Source: an uncultured delta proteobacterium (lineage in GTDB: Bacteria; Desulfobacterota; Desulfobacteria; Desulfobacterales; SG8-13). From it: 64,000 nt of DNA. The stretch lies in assembly GCA_963848135.1 (NCBI GenBank), contig CAWKCK010000009.1:62001-126000 (forward strand). The letters run 5' to 3'. This document shows, in pieces, positions 20,371-30,343 of the stretch. The number at the start of each line of letters is the position of its first letter. Position 1 is the first letter of the stretch. The position numbers and the translations under genes are program-made. The notes beneath the pieces were generated by a model that worked only from the letters and a program-made list of their open reading frames with translations, did not search any database and was not told where the DNA came from.

Positions 20371-21408
20371 ATGAGCTGGGATTGGGATCGATTGAAAGAT
20401 CAACAGCAGAAATCGGGCGGCGGTGTGCCCCCGAATGTGGATGAGCTGGTCAAAAAGATGAAAAACTTCAAGTTGCCGGGCGGCCCGATTATCATTGTTA
20501 TTGCCTTGGTCGTTGCGGCCGCATACTCGTCCGTATTCACCGTCAAACAGGACGAAGTGGGTATCGTGCAGCTCTTTGGTCGCTATGTACGGACTGCCCA
20601 ACCGGGTCTAAGCTTCAAAATGCCTCTCGGTATCGAAAAGGTCACAAAGGTCAATGTCAAAGGTATTCGCACGGAAGAATTCGGTTTCAGTTCTGAGGGG
20701 GCGTCTTCACGATCACGCTTCGGTGGCGGTGAAGCCGAAAGCGTGTCATTGATGCTGACCGGTGACCTCAATGTCGCCGTGGTACCCTGGATCGTTCAGT
20801 ACCGCGTGAAAGACCCTTATAATTACCTTTTTAAAGTGCGCGATGTTCGTCGGCTTCTGGTGGACATGTCGGAAGCGGCGATGCGGTTGATCGTTGGCGA
20901 CCGCAGCATCAATGAGGTTATCAACAAACGCGGCGAAATTGCCATTGCCGCCAGAGAAATGTTGCAGCAAGAGATCGACCTGGCCGAGTCCGGGTTACAT
21001 ATCGTCACCATCGAAATGAAGAAAACAAATGTTCCGGCACCGGTGCAGCCATCCTTCAACGAGGTCAACCAATCGGTTCAGGAGAAGGAACAGATGATCT
21101 ACCAGGCCCGGGAGGACTACAACAAGGCCATTCCGGCGGCCCGGGGTGAGGCGGAACGAACCATCCGCACGGCAGAAGGGTATGCTGTTGACCGTGTCAA
21201 CCGCGCCAAGGGCGATGCCTCCCGATTCACGGCCCTTTTTACTGAATACGTCAAAGCCAAGGATGTCACCAAACGAAGACTCTACCTCGAGACACTGAGC
21301 GAGGTCTGGCCGAGAATCGGGGATAAGTATATCGTCGATTCCGAGCAGAAGAATTTGCTGCCCCTCCTTAATCTTGGTCAACCGAAACAGAACGGTATCG
21401 TAAAATGA
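20371..21408 (+). CDS. hflK: FtsH protease activity modulator HflK
   Basis: N-terminal MSWDW, TM, SPFH domain MLTGDLN, IPAARGEA, RRLYLETL. Confidence 0.95.
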   Translation: MSWDWDRLKDQQQKSGGGVPPNVDELVKKMKNFKLPGGPIIIVIALVVAAAYSSVFTVKQDEVGIVQLFGRYVRTAQPGLSFKMPLGIEKVTKVNVKGIRTEEFGFSSEGASSRSRFGGGEAESVSLMLTGDLNVAVVPWIVQYRVKDPYNYLFKVRDVRRLLVDMSEAAMRLIVGDRSINEVINKRGEIAIAAREMLQQEIDLAESGLHIVTIEMKKTNVPAPVQPSFNEVNQSVQEKEQMIYQAREDYNKAIPAARGEAERTIRTAEGYAVDRVNRAKGDASRFTALFTEYVKAKDVTKRRLYLETLSEVWPRIGDKYIVDSEQKNLLPLLNLGQPKQNGIVK

Positions 21409-22349
21409 AAACCAAAGGACCAGTTCTAATCGTCATCCTGCTGGCTGTCGCTGTGCTCATTTACCAGTCGGCATATATCGTCACCGAAACCGAGCAGGTG
21501 GTGGTGACCCAGTTCGGCCGAATCGTTGGCAATCCGGTTACATCACCCGGGTTGAAGTTCAAACTGCCCTTCATCCAGAATGCCAATTTTTTTCCCAAAA
21601 ACCTGTTGGATTGGGACGGTGATCCGGGGCAGATTCCCACACTGGACAAAACGTTCATCTGGGTGGATACCTTTGCGCGTTGGAAAATCGGCGAACCGAT
21701 TAAATTTTTTCAGACCGTAAATAACCCTTTCAATGCTATCGGCCGACTCAACGACATCATCGATCCGGCGGTCAGGGATTACATCACATCCAATCGGCTT
21801 ATAGAAGTGGTTCGCAACAGCAACCGTGAATTGGACATAGCTGAACTTGGACGCGAAGATGAACAGTATCAAAGGGTACCGTCACGCAGGATTTACATCG
21901 GACGGCAGAAAATCACTGATGGCATCTTGAAACAGTCGCAGCCCAAATTGGAGAAGTTCGGTATCGAGCTGGTCGATGTCAAAATCAAAAGAATTAACTA
22001 TGTCGAAGAAGTCCGTCAATCCGTTTACGACCGCATGATCGCAGAGCGGAAGCAGATTGCCGAAAAATTCAGATCGGAGGGAAAAGGGGAAGCCCAGAAA
22101 ATTCGGGGCGAAAAGGAGCGTCTTCTGAAAGAAATCACTTCCGAGGCGTATCGTAAAGCCCAGGAAATAAAGGGAAAAGCCGATGCTGAGGCCACAAGTC
22201 TTTACGCCAGTTCCTTCGGCGTTGACCCGGAGTTTTACTCATTTGTCCGTACCCTTGAAATATACCGCGAGAATCTGGACGCCAAGAATACCTTGGTTCT
22301 ATCCACCGATTCTGAGTTTTTGAAGTATTTTAAGTCACTGCCAGAATGA
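21405..22349 (+). CDS. hflC: FtsH protease activity modulator HflC
   Basis: SPFH domain, DVKIKRI, RMIAER..IAE.FRSEG, DPEFYSF.R. Confidence 0.95.
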   Translation: MKTKGPVLIVILLAVAVLIYQSAYIVTETEQVVVTQFGRIVGNPVTSPGLKFKLPFIQNANFFPKNLLDWDGDPGQIPTLDKTFIWVDTFARWKIGEPIKFFQTVNNPFNAIGRLNDIIDPAVRDYITSNRLIEVVRNSNRELDIAELGREDEQYQRVPSRRIYIGRQKITDGILKQSQPKLEKFGIELVDVKIKRINYVEEVRQSVYDRMIAERKQIAEKFRSEGKGEAQKIRGEKERLLKEITSEAYRKAQEIKGKADAEATSLYASSFGVDPEFYSFVRTLEIYRENLDAKNTLVLSTDSEFLKYFKSLPE

Positions 22350-22368
22350 TTGGCGGAAATCGCAGAAG

Positions 22369-22408
22369 AACATCACCGGCCGCTGGTTTCAGGCGGCCGG
22401 CGATGTTT
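22369..22408. terminator. Hairpin between convergent hflC and the small bS22-like gene, probably a bidirectional terminator
   Basis: aacatcaccggccgc / gcggccggcgatgtt inverted repeat with one mismatch. Confidence 0.55.
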
Positions 22409-22441
22409 TGGTGACCAGAGAGAATCGCTGTGAGGGGTGCA

Positions 22442-22540
22442 TTATTTACCCTTTCTTCTCTGATGGCGTGTTTTGGCCAACAGCTTGCGATGTTTGTGCT
22501 TCCTCATTTTTTTCCTTCGTTTTTTGACGACGCTGCCCAA
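22442..22540 (-). CDS. 30S ribosomal protein bS22 / AURKAIP1-COX24 (DUF1713) family small basic protein, 32 aa
   Basis: Not in the ORF track. A strong SD aggaggt precedes TTG; translation MGSVVKKRRKKMRKHKHRKLLAKTRHQRRKGK matches the MGSV.KKRRK.M.K.KHRKLL..TR family signature. Confidence 0.92.
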   Translation of the reverse strand: MGSVVKKRRKKMRKHKHRKLLAKTRHQRRKGK

Positions 22541-22726
22541 CAGACCACCTCCTTTCAGCTAATATTATATGAAAGAACGGTATTGTCTAACATGCTGATA
22601 AACGGCTTGTCCACTATTTTTTTATAATGCCAAAGTATCGTTCCGACGGGTAAAAAGACAAAATATGCTTGACACCGATAAAAATATTATCTAAAAAGGG
22701 CGATTCTTCAAGATAGGAGAGATGAT

Positions 22727-23161
22727 GTGAAAAAGTATACTTATAGTGCAAAAAGTAGCGACAACGAAGGCAAATGGTGGGTTGTCGATGCTCAGGATGC
22801 CGTGCTCGGAAGGCTGGCCTCCCAGGTCGCTTCGCGACTCAGAGGCAAACACAACCCGCTTTTCACCCCTCATGTCGACATGGGTGATTGGGTGATCGTC
22901 GTGAATGCCGACAAGGTCAAGCTCACCGGACGGAAATGGGACCAGAAAATCTATTACCGGCACAGCGGTTTCATCGGCGGTCTCAAGGAAATTACAGCCA
23001 AGAAGCTTCTTGAAAAACGGCCGGAAGACATCATTCGTTTTGCTGTGAGAGGCATGCTGCCGAAAAACCGACTCGGCCGGAAACTTATTAAAAAGTTAAA
23101 GGTTTACACGGGTGCAGAGCACCCTCATGCGGCACAACAACCCGATGTGTGGGCGCCTTAA
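22727..23161 (+). CDS. rplM: 50S ribosomal protein L13
   Basis: VVDA...[38 protein letters not shown]. Confidence 0.98.
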   Translation: MKKYTYSAKSSDNEGKWWVVDAQDAVLGRLASQVASRLRGKHNPLFTPHVDMGDWVIVVNADKVKLTGRKWDQKIYYRHSGFIGGLKEITAKKLLEKRPEDIIRFAVRGMLPKNRLGRKLIKKLKVYTGAEHPHAAQQPDVWAP

Positions 23162-23231
23162 TCCGCTGGGAGGAGCTCTCGGCCACCAGCGCTTGAAAAG
23201 AACATCGTTCTAATGCAGTAAGAGGACATTC

Positions 23232-23627
23232 ATGGCACAAGAAAACGTTTACTATGCGACAGGAAAACGAAAAACGGCTATTGCCAGGACCTGGTTGACC
23301 CCCGGTAACGGTGACGTCACCATCAATGATCGACCGATTGATGACTACTTCAAGGTCGAATCTGCCAAGACCGAATTGCTCCAGCCCTTTGTCATCACAA
23401 ATACCGCCGGCAAATATGACGTCAAAGTGAGAGTTCTGGGCGGCGGTGTCAGCGGGCAGTCGGGCGCTATCCGCCACGGTATAACCAAGGCGTTGATTCA
23501 GGTTAATCAGGAGTTTCGGCAACCGCTAAAACGGGCCGGTTTCGTTAAACGTGATCCGCGGGCCAAGGAACGGAAAAAATACGGCCAGCGCGGCGCCAGA
23601 GCACGATTTCAGTTTTCCAAACGGTAA
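23232..23627 (+). CDS. rpsI: 30S ribosomal protein S9
   Basis: YATGKRKTAIAR, GGGVSGQSGAIRHG, ERKKYG..ARARFQFSKR. Confidence 0.98.
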   Translation: MAQENVYYATGKRKTAIARTWLTPGNGDVTINDRPIDDYFKVESAKTELLQPFVITNTAGKYDVKVRVLGGGVSGQSGAIRHGITKALIQVNQEFRQPLKRAGFVKRDPRAKERKKYGQRGARARFQFSKR

Positions 23628-23663
23628 CATTAGCCGCATACAGTACACCGTTGATTATGATAT

Positions 23664-23698
23664 GGGGGCCGGGAAATTATCCCGCCCCCGTTTTTTTT
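23664..23698 (+). terminator. Intrinsic terminator after rpsI
   Basis: gggggccggga / tcccgccccc stem followed by T8. Confidence 0.8.
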
Positions 23699-23775
23699 AA
23701 GAATTTGAAAATTTGTTTTTCATGTGGCATAAAAAATGATCTTTCTTTAAAAATAACTACGGAAAGGTAGCAGAC

Positions 23776-24558
23776 ATGATTGCCCATCGAATCGATCTCA
23801 ATTCGGATGTCGGCGAGAGTTTTGGAAACTATAAGCTGGGGCTCGATGAGGAGGTCATCCCCATGATCAGCTCCGCCAATATCGCTTGCGGATTTCATGC
23901 CGGTGACCCGACCGTATTGCGGCGGACCGTCGCACTGGCCCGTGATCATAAAGTGGCAGTTGGCGCTCATCCCGGCTTGCCCGATCTGATGGGATTCGGG
24001 CGGCGCGCGATGGATGTTACTCCATCAGAAATCAAAGACTATGTCACCTACCAGGTCGGAGCCATTCAGGGCTTTGCAGCTGCCGAAGGGGTGGATGTCC
24101 AACACGTCAAGCCGCACGGAGCCCTTTATAACATGGCGGTACAAAATCCGGCCATCTGGGAAACTGTCGTTGCTGCGCTCTCCGAACTGGACAAAAACCT
24201 GATTCTCTTTGTGCTTGGTGGTGCCAACAAAAATGAACTCAGCGCAATGGCGGCGCATTACGGAATTCGGGTCGCCTTTGAATTTTTCGCCGATCGGGCC
24301 TACAATCCCGACGGCAGCCTGGTTTCCCGCAAAACACCCGGCGCGGTCATCAAGGATCATGGCCTGGCGGCTAAACGTGTGCTTAAAATGGCAACCGAGG
24401 GTAAGGTCACGTGCGTCGATGGATCTGAGATCGAACTTCCGGCCGACACTATATGCGTTCATGGCGACAACCCGGCAGCCCTGCAGCTGGTCCAAAAAAT
24501 CAGGCAGACCCTGACCGAAGCCGGAGTTGATATCCGGGCACCGCGAACGTTTCTCTAG
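23776..24558 (+). CDS. pxpA: 5-oxoprolinase subunit A (LamB/YcsF)
   Basis: IDLNSDVGES, SANIACGFHAGDP, HVKPHGALYN, FADRAY, TICVHGD. Confidence 0.95.
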   Translation: MIAHRIDLNSDVGESFGNYKLGLDEEVIPMISSANIACGFHAGDPTVLRRTVALARDHKVAVGAHPGLPDLMGFGRRAMDVTPSEIKDYVTYQVGAIQGFAAAEGVDVQHVKPHGALYNMAVQNPAIWETVVAALSELDKNLILFVLGGANKNELSAMAAHYGIRVAFEFFADRAYNPDGSLVSRKTPGAVIKDHGLAAKRVLKMATEGKVTCVDGSEIELPADTICVHGDNPAALQLVQKIRQTLTEAGVDIRAPRTFL

Positions 24559-24667
24559 CCCTTGTTTCTCTTGATTCGTGTCGGCAAGGCTGGTGGGGCA
24601 CTCGGTTGTCTTCGTTCACCACCAAGCTTTTTTTATTAGGCCCCCGACGCTTTTCAAAAATAAAGAC

Positions 24668-25384
24668 ATGAACAATACGGAATTCTTTCAATCGCCGATG
24701 ATATACGATCATCCAAAATTTCTCCTCATGGGCGATCGTTCGCTGCTGGTGGAACTGAGCGCTGAGATCAGCCTTGAGGTGAACCGTCGCGTCCGGTCGC
24801 TTTATTACAGCTTGAGTCACCGAAAGCATTACGGCATCGTCGAGCTGCTCCCCAGCTACACATCACTGCTCATCGTGTTTGATCCTTTGATGGTATCCTT
24901 TTCGGCTCTGCGGACGATTGTGACGTACCTGTTCGACAATCCCGCCCAGACCCGGATACCGGAGCCGAAAACGGTCGAGATTCCCGTTGTGTATGGCGGT
25001 GATTTCGGGCCGGATCTCGATTGGGTGGCTGACTACCACCGGCTGAGCCCGGGCGATGTGATTCGCCATCACTCCACAACCGTCTATCATGTCTACATGA
25101 TCGGATTTACCCCCGGATATCCCTATATGGGCGAGGTGCCGAGTGAGATCGCAACGCCACGGCGGGAGACGCCCCGGACGCATGTCCCCAGAGGTTCCGT
25201 GGGAATTGCTCAGAAGCAAACCGGCATTTACCCTGTAGAGAGCCCCGGCGGATGGCAGATTATCGGCCGCACGCCTTTGACGCTGTTCGACCCCCATTCA
25301 ACGCCGCCGACGCTCCTTGAAGCCGGTGATGTGGTAACCTTCTATCCTATAAAGAAGGAGGCATTCGAAAATTGGCGGCAATAA
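24668..25384 (+). CDS. pxpB: 5-oxoprolinase subunit B (allophanate hydrolase subunit 1-like)
   Basis: IPVVYGGDFGPDL, IGFTPGYPY, PRRETPR, SPGGWQIIGRT. Start is 24668 or 24698. Confidence 0.93.
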   Translation: MNNTEFFQSPMIYDHPKFLLMGDRSLLVELSAEISLEVNRRVRSLYYSLSHRKHYGIVELLPSYTSLLIVFDPLMVSFSALRTIVTYLFDNPAQTRIPEPKTVEIPVVYGGDFGPDLDWVADYHRLSPGDVIRHHSTTVYHVYMIGFTPGYPYMGEVPSEIATPRRETPRTHVPRGSVGIAQKQTGIYPVESPGGWQIIGRTPLTLFDPHSTPPTLLEAGDVVTFYPIKKEAFENWRQ

Positions 25385-26331
25385 ACGCGCTCGAAATCAT
25401 GGCTCCAGGCCTGCTGACAACCGTCCAGGACCGGGGCCGGGTCGGTTTCGGTCGATTCGGCGTCGCCCCGAGTGGTGCGCTTGACAGCGTTGCCTTGCGC
25501 GTCGGCAACCTGTTGGTCGATAACCCCGAATCGGAAGCCGTGCTCGAAATTACCTTGCCGGGTTTCAAGGCTAAGATACTTTCCGATGTGGTTGTGGCCC
25601 TGACAGGTGCTGACCTTGGATTGCACATTAATGGGGAGCCGTTCGGTCCATGGCGGTCATACCGGTTAGGCGTCGGGGATACCCTGTCCTTGGAATCGCT
25701 GAACAGTGGCTGCCGTTCTTATCTGGCACTGGGGGGAGGTATATTGGTGCCTGAGGTCCTCGGCAGCAAATCGACCAATATCACCTCTGGATTCGGCGGC
25801 CTGGAAGGCCGTCCGTTGCGTCGCGGGGATATTTTAAAGGTCGATTCACCACAGTACTATTTGCATGCCGGTGGGCGAAAATTCGACGGTAATACGGTTC
25901 CGTCCTATCGCAACCACTGGGAATTGCGGGTCATTATGGGACCGCAGAATGAACATTTTAAAGAGGCGTCCTGCGATCGATTTCTAAATGCTGTCTACCA
26001 GGTGACGGCCAAGTCGGATCGCACCGGTGTCAGACTGCAGGGGCCAAGGGTTATAATCAATGAAGGTCAGGCAGAATCGATTGTATCGGAGGGCATTATC
26101 TCCGGTGCGATTCAAATTCCAGGTGACGGGCAACCGATCATCGTTCTGGGCGAAACGGTGAGCGGCGGTTATCGCAAAATTGCCACCGTAATTTCAGCCG
26201 ATCTTCACCTGCTTGGCCAGGTTCTGCCGGGAGACCGGATGCAGTTCCAGGCCGTAAATCCTCGCGAAGCTCGCCAGGCGTTGTGGCGCCTGGAAGAGGG
26301 GATCGGCCGGTTCCGCGACAGTCTGGCATGA
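25372..26331 (+). CDS. pxpC: 5-oxoprolinase subunit C (biotin-dependent carboxyltransferase family)
   Basis: TTVQDRGR.G, SGALD, SDRTG.RL, GAIQIPGDGQPI, GGY.KIA. Confidence 0.93.
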   Translation: MAAINALEIMAPGLLTTVQDRGRVGFGRFGVAPSGALDSVALRVGNLLVDNPESEAVLEITLPGFKAKILSDVVVALTGADLGLHINGEPFGPWRSYRLGVGDTLSLESLNSGCRSYLALGGGILVPEVLGSKSTNITSGFGGLEGRPLRRGDILKVDSPQYYLHAGGRKFDGNTVPSYRNHWELRVIMGPQNEHFKEASCDRFLNAVYQVTAKSDRTGVRLQGPRVIINEGQAESIVSEGIISGAIQIPGDGQPIIVLGETVSGGYRKIATVISADLHLLGQVLPGDRMQFQAVNPREARQALWRLEEGIGRFRDSLA

Positions 26332-26445
26332 CACCCGAAGAAACAATCCGAAAAGAGAACCACATTGGGGCCCTGGCTTATCAGTCGTTATTGACGGGGG
26401 CCCTATTTGCTGCCGCATTAACCTTGTCTGCCGGTACAGAGTCCT

Positions 26446-26856
26446 ATGTCGAAAGATTATGAAGTCAAACTGCGTGTACCATTCCACGATCTTGATCCTC
26501 TCCAGATCGTTTGGCACGGAAATTACATGAAATATTTTGACATGGCCCGATTCGGCCTTTTCAAACAGGCGGGTTTGGATCTGTACGAGTATTTTGTCAA
26601 TCAGCAGATTGTTTTTCCAGTTACCCGTTTTTCTTCCAAGCATATTATTCCCCTCCGCTATGACGACGAGTTTGTATGCAAGGCGACCGTTGTAGAAGCC
26701 GTGTATAAAATCGGCATATCGTTTGAAATCCGGTTGACCGCAAACGGACAGCTCTGCACTCGGGGAACCAGCGAACAGGTTGCCGTTAAAATGCCGGAAA
26801 TGGAGATGCAGTTTGAGATTCCGAGCGATATTACCACGGCATTGGGGTGCGCCTGA
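26446..26856 (+). CDS. Acyl-CoA/acyl-ACP thioesterase (4HBT/YbgC hot-dog fold, type found in APE clusters)
   Basis: VPFHDLDPLQIVWHGNYMKYFDMAR, PLRYDD. Confidence 0.88.
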   Translation: MSKDYEVKLRVPFHDLDPLQIVWHGNYMKYFDMARFGLFKQAGLDLYEYFVNQQIVFPVTRFSSKHIIPLRYDDEFVCKATVVEAVYKIGISFEIRLTANGQLCTRGTSEQVAVKMPEMEMQFEIPSDITTALGCA

Positions 26857-28598
26857 TGGATCTTAAGTTGCAAGATGCCTTTGCTGCCGGGTACGAACGG
26901 CTTTCGGCATGGGCGGATCTTCTGGACACCATCAATCTGTTTCCGGTTGCCGATCGCGATACCGGCCGAAACCTGTTGATCAGCCTCGCTCCATTGCATC
27001 GATTCGATTCGCGCTCGGAACACATTGCCAACAAACTGCTCCTTGGCGCCACCGGCAATTCCGGCAATATTGCGGCGTGTTTTTTCGCAGGCCTTGTTGA
27101 GGGAAAACCGGCTGCGAACATGTGCCGGGCCGTGAAGATCGGTAGAGATAGGGCGTGGCAGTCGATTGCTGATCCTAAGTCCGGCACCATGCTCACTGTT
27201 TTTGATGTCCTGCTGGACCATTTCGAGAACATGTCATCGATTCAAGGGGATGAGGGTTACACGACTTTGATCGATCGTTTGGAGAACGCTGTTCACTCAA
27301 CCGCTGAAACGCTGCCACGATTAAAGGCCGCCGGAGTCGTCGATGCCGGTGCACTGGGAATGTTCATTTTTCTGGAGGGCTTTTACGGTGTCCTTACCGG
27401 TTGGCCAAAGGACTTTCGCTCGATAACGGCAGCCTTCAATGACAAACTGCGGTTGCCTTCCGACTATATCACCGTTGAAGAAAAGGGCTATTGCGTCGAT
27501 ACACTCATTGAGATGGCCGCAGATTCCGATTCCTCGTTAGCAGGGTTGGCCGATTATGGAGAAAGCATCGTCGTTCATCGTGACGATGAGAACGTTAAAA
27601 TTCACCTCCATACGGAACATCGCGAAACCGTGCGCAAGCAGCTTGAAAGCCTGGGCAAAGTTGTGCAGTGGACGGAAGAGGACATGGGCGCTCGGAGCGG
27701 AAATCAGCCCGCACCCGGTATGCCGCCGGCGCTTCATATTGTTACCGATGCGGCCGGATCCGTTACACGGGACGATGCGGCCGGGCTTGGCATGACGTTG
27801 CTTGACAGCTATATTGTTTTTGACGGGGGCACGTCGCTGCCTGAAACATTGATAGCCCCAGAAGAGCTTTATGCGTTGATGCGAAAGGGGGCGCGGGTAA
27901 CCACGGCCCAGGCATCGGTATTCGAGCGTAACCAACGTTACCAGAGTATCATCAGTCGTTTTGGCTCAGCCCTTTACCTGTGTGTCGGTTCGGTTTACAC
28001 AGGAAACTTCCAGGCGGTGGCTACATGGAAAGAACATAACGATTCGTCCGACCAGTTGACTGTCATCGACACCGGCCTGGCATCTGGGCGCCTCGGTATC
28101 GTCGCCATCGCCACCGCCCGATATTCCTTTCAGGCCGACAGTGCTCAAGAGGTCATTGCGTTTGCTGAAGATGCCTTACGCCGAAGCGAGGAATATATCT
28201 TTCTTGACCGGCTTCAGTACCTCGCTGCCGGTGGAAGACTGTCAAAAACCAAAGGCTTTTTCGGGGACTTTTTCGGGGTTAAACCCATCATCAGCCCCAC
28301 GGTTGAAGGGGCTGTAAAGGCAGGCACCGTTCGAAATCGCAGCGAGCAGGTGGCTTTCGCACTGGAAAAACTCGAGCAGGGCCTGGGGCAGGATGTCGGA
28401 TCCACTATCATGCTGGAATATTCTGATAATCGCCGGTGGGTTGAAGATACGGTTCTGGGGGAAATTACGCGTCGCTACGCGTCGGCCGAGGTTGTCCTCC
28501 AGCCCCTCTCTCTGACTTCCGGTGCCCATATGGGTCCAGGGACCTGGGCAGTGGCGTTTTTGCCATGCCGCAGGCCTCCTCAACCCGTTAAAAAGTAA
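26847..28598 (+). CDS. DAK2 (FakA-like) - DegV (FakB-like) fusion protein
   Basis: N-terminal INLFPVADRDTG.N, GNSG, GTMLTV, GVVDAGA (DAK2/FakA). C-terminal IVTD, TTAQ.S, LAAGGRLS, GAHMGPG (DegV). Start is 26847 (GTG) or 26856. Confidence 0.85.
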   Translation: MRLMDLKLQDAFAAGYERLSAWADLLDTINLFPVADRDTGRNLLISLAPLHRFDSRSEHIANKLLLGATGNSGNIAACFFAGLVEGKPAANMCRAVKIGRDRAWQSIADPKSGTMLTVFDVLLDHFENMSSIQGDEGYTTLIDRLENAVHSTAETLPRLKAAGVVDAGALGMFIFLEGFYGVLTGWPKDFRSITAAFNDKLRLPSDYITVEEKGYCVDTLIEMAADSDSSLAGLADYGESIVVHRDDENVKIHLHTEHRETVRKQLESLGKVVQWTEEDMGARSGNQPAPGMPPALHIVTDAAGSVTRDDAAGLGMTLLDSYIVFDGGTSLPETLIAPEELYALMRKGARVTTAQASVFERNQRYQSIISRFGSALYLCVGSVYTGNFQAVATWKEHNDSSDQLTVIDTGLASGRLGIVAIATARYSFQADSAQEVIAFAEDALRRSEEYIFLDRLQYLAAGGRLSKTKGFFGDFFGVKPIISPTVEGAVKAGTVRNRSEQVAFALEKLEQGLGQDVGSTIMLEYSDNRRWVEDTVLGEITRRYASAEVVLQPLSLTSGAHMGPGTWAVAFLPCRRPPQPVKK

Positions 28599-28611
28599 GG
28601 TATTGCCTTTC

Positions 28612-29358
28612 ATGGCGCAAGTGACCGATATACCGATCGGCGGCATTAACCGCTGCAGGTTCGCCGTTGTTATCCCTGTTTACAACCATGATCGAACGAT
28701 TGTCGATGTGGTGCAACGAACACTGAATCTCGGTCTACCGGTAATTGTTGTGGACGATGGATCGACCGACGCAACGTTCAATAAGTTAAGCACCATCGAA
28801 GGGGTGCGGGTTCTGCGTCATCGCTATAACAGGGGCAAGGGAGCGGCCCTTTTGACCGGATTTACGGAGGCTGTTAAGATCGCCGATTGGGCGATGACCC
28901 TGGATGCAGACGGTCAGCACGACCCGGCGGATGCCAAGCACCTGATGCGTGCGATACCTGCGAGCCAACGGCCGATTGTCATCGGAAACCGTCAAGGCAT
29001 GGCCGGCGTTCATGTGCCGTGGACGAGCCGCTTTGGTCGCAAGTTTTCCAATTTCTGGGTCCGCGCTTCCGGCGGTCCGGTTGTGTCCGACTCTCAAAGC
29101 GGGTTCAGAGTGTATCCCCTTCCCGAAAGCCTCCGATTGGATGTTCGTTCCCGGCGATTTCAGTTCGAAGTTGAAATTCTGGCCAAAGCCAGGTGGAACC
29201 ATATTCCTGTTGTGGAAGCACCGGTCAGTGTGTCGTACCGGCCCGGTACACCCCGAATATCGCATTTCCACCCCTTTTTTGATTTTTTACGAAACTTCGG
29301 TCTCTTCAGCCGGTTAATCACCTATCGGGTTCTCACTCTGCGATTTTTGCAGGACTGA
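28612..29358 (+). CDS. Glycosyltransferase family 2 (APE/flexirubin-cluster type)
   Basis: VVIPVYNH, VVDDGSTD, NRGKGAAL, DADGQH, DSQSGFRVYPL, SHF.PF.DF. Confidence 0.92.
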   Translation: MAQVTDIPIGGINRCRFAVVIPVYNHDRTIVDVVQRTLNLGLPVIVVDDGSTDATFNKLSTIEGVRVLRHRYNRGKGAALLTGFTEAVKIADWAMTLDADGQHDPADAKHLMRAIPASQRPIVIGNRQGMAGVHVPWTSRFGRKFSNFWVRASGGPVVSDSQSGFRVYPLPESLRLDVRSRRFQFEVEILAKARWNHIPVVEAPVSVSYRPGTPRISHFHPFFDFLRNFGLFSRLITYRVLTLRFLQD

Positions 29359-29374
29359 ATCGCCAGCGACGCTT

Positions 29375-30262
29375 ATGTCAGGCATTTTCTATCGGTTTCT
29401 AACATTTATATCCCGCATATTCGGGCTATGGATTTTCGACCTCACTGCCAAGGGTATCGCCGCAGGATATTATCTCCTGTCGCCACGCAGGGTATCGATC
29501 AGCGTTCGTTTTTATCGGGCGCTCTTTCCTGAAAGAAATCGATTATATCATCTGTGGTGTACCTGGAGACAGTTTCAAAACTTTACCTCCGTGTATGTGG
29601 ACCGGTTTTTGGTCAATGAAACCGATGGTATTACTTGTACCCACACGGGATGGGAGCATATCGAAGACGCCATTGAACGGAATACCGGCGGAATTATCGT
29701 GATGTCCCACCTTGGAAATTGGGAGATCGCCGCGCATTTGATGACCCGGAAATGGGGACAAATTCGGCTGATTTTGTACATGGGTATCCGCGCTAAGGCA
29801 GAGATCGAGCGCATTCAGAAAAACGATCTCGCAAAAAGGGGCGTGCGAATCATCGCGGTTGAAAAAGGATGGAGGACACCGTTCGATCTGATGGAAGGAT
29901 TGCGCTTTATCAAGTCAGGAGGATTGGTATCGATGACCGGCGACCTCGCGAGAGATCCCACTCAGCGGGTTGTTCCGGCGGCTTTCCTCGGGCGTGAAGT
30001 TCATCTGCCGGAGACACCCCATTTACTCGCCATGCTTACCGGCGCGCCGATTTTTTTCTTCTTTTCGCGCCGTGTCGGTAAAAAGCGCTATCATGTGACC
30101 CTGTCAGAGCCAAATACCATCCAGAAGGTGCCTCGTTCCGAAAGATCCGCTGTTCTGCACCGATCTGTTCAGAAATATGCGGATCTTCTCGAGATGAATC
30201 TCCATAAAAATCCTTTGGAATGGTATCATTTCGATAAGTTTCTTGGCTCGAGACTGAAATGA
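29375..30262 (+). CDS. Lipid A-type (LpxL family) lysophospholipid acyltransferase
   Basis: SHLGNWE, MTGD, FLGR, P.EWYHF motifs. Confidence 0.85.
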   Translation: MSGIFYRFLTFISRIFGLWIFDLTAKGIAAGYYLLSPRRVSISVRFYRALFPERNRLYHLWCTWRQFQNFTSVYVDRFLVNETDGITCTHTGWEHIEDAIERNTGGIIVMSHLGNWEIAAHLMTRKWGQIRLILYMGIRAKAEIERIQKNDLAKRGVRIIAVEKGWRTPFDLMEGLRFIKSGGLVSMTGDLARDPTQRVVPAAFLGREVHLPETPHLLAMLTGAPIFFFFSRRVGKKRYHVTLSEPNTIQKVPRSERSAVLHRSVQKYADLLEMNLHKNPLEWYHFDKFLGSRLK

Positions 30263-30343
30263 GGTGCAATCGTTTCTGTGCCCCCGTCGATATTTTTTGA
30301 ATTCAGCGGTGAATTGGTGTATGGATAGCCCTTACCATTATCT

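Noticed and set aside
22430..22627. 65-aa plus-strand ORF in the track
   Set aside because: It is the antisense shadow of the bS22-like gene, which has the SD and the family signature.
23776..26331. pxpABC as part of the biosynthetic cluster
   Set aside because: It is a widespread metabolite-repair operon; only adjacency and shared orientation link it to the island.
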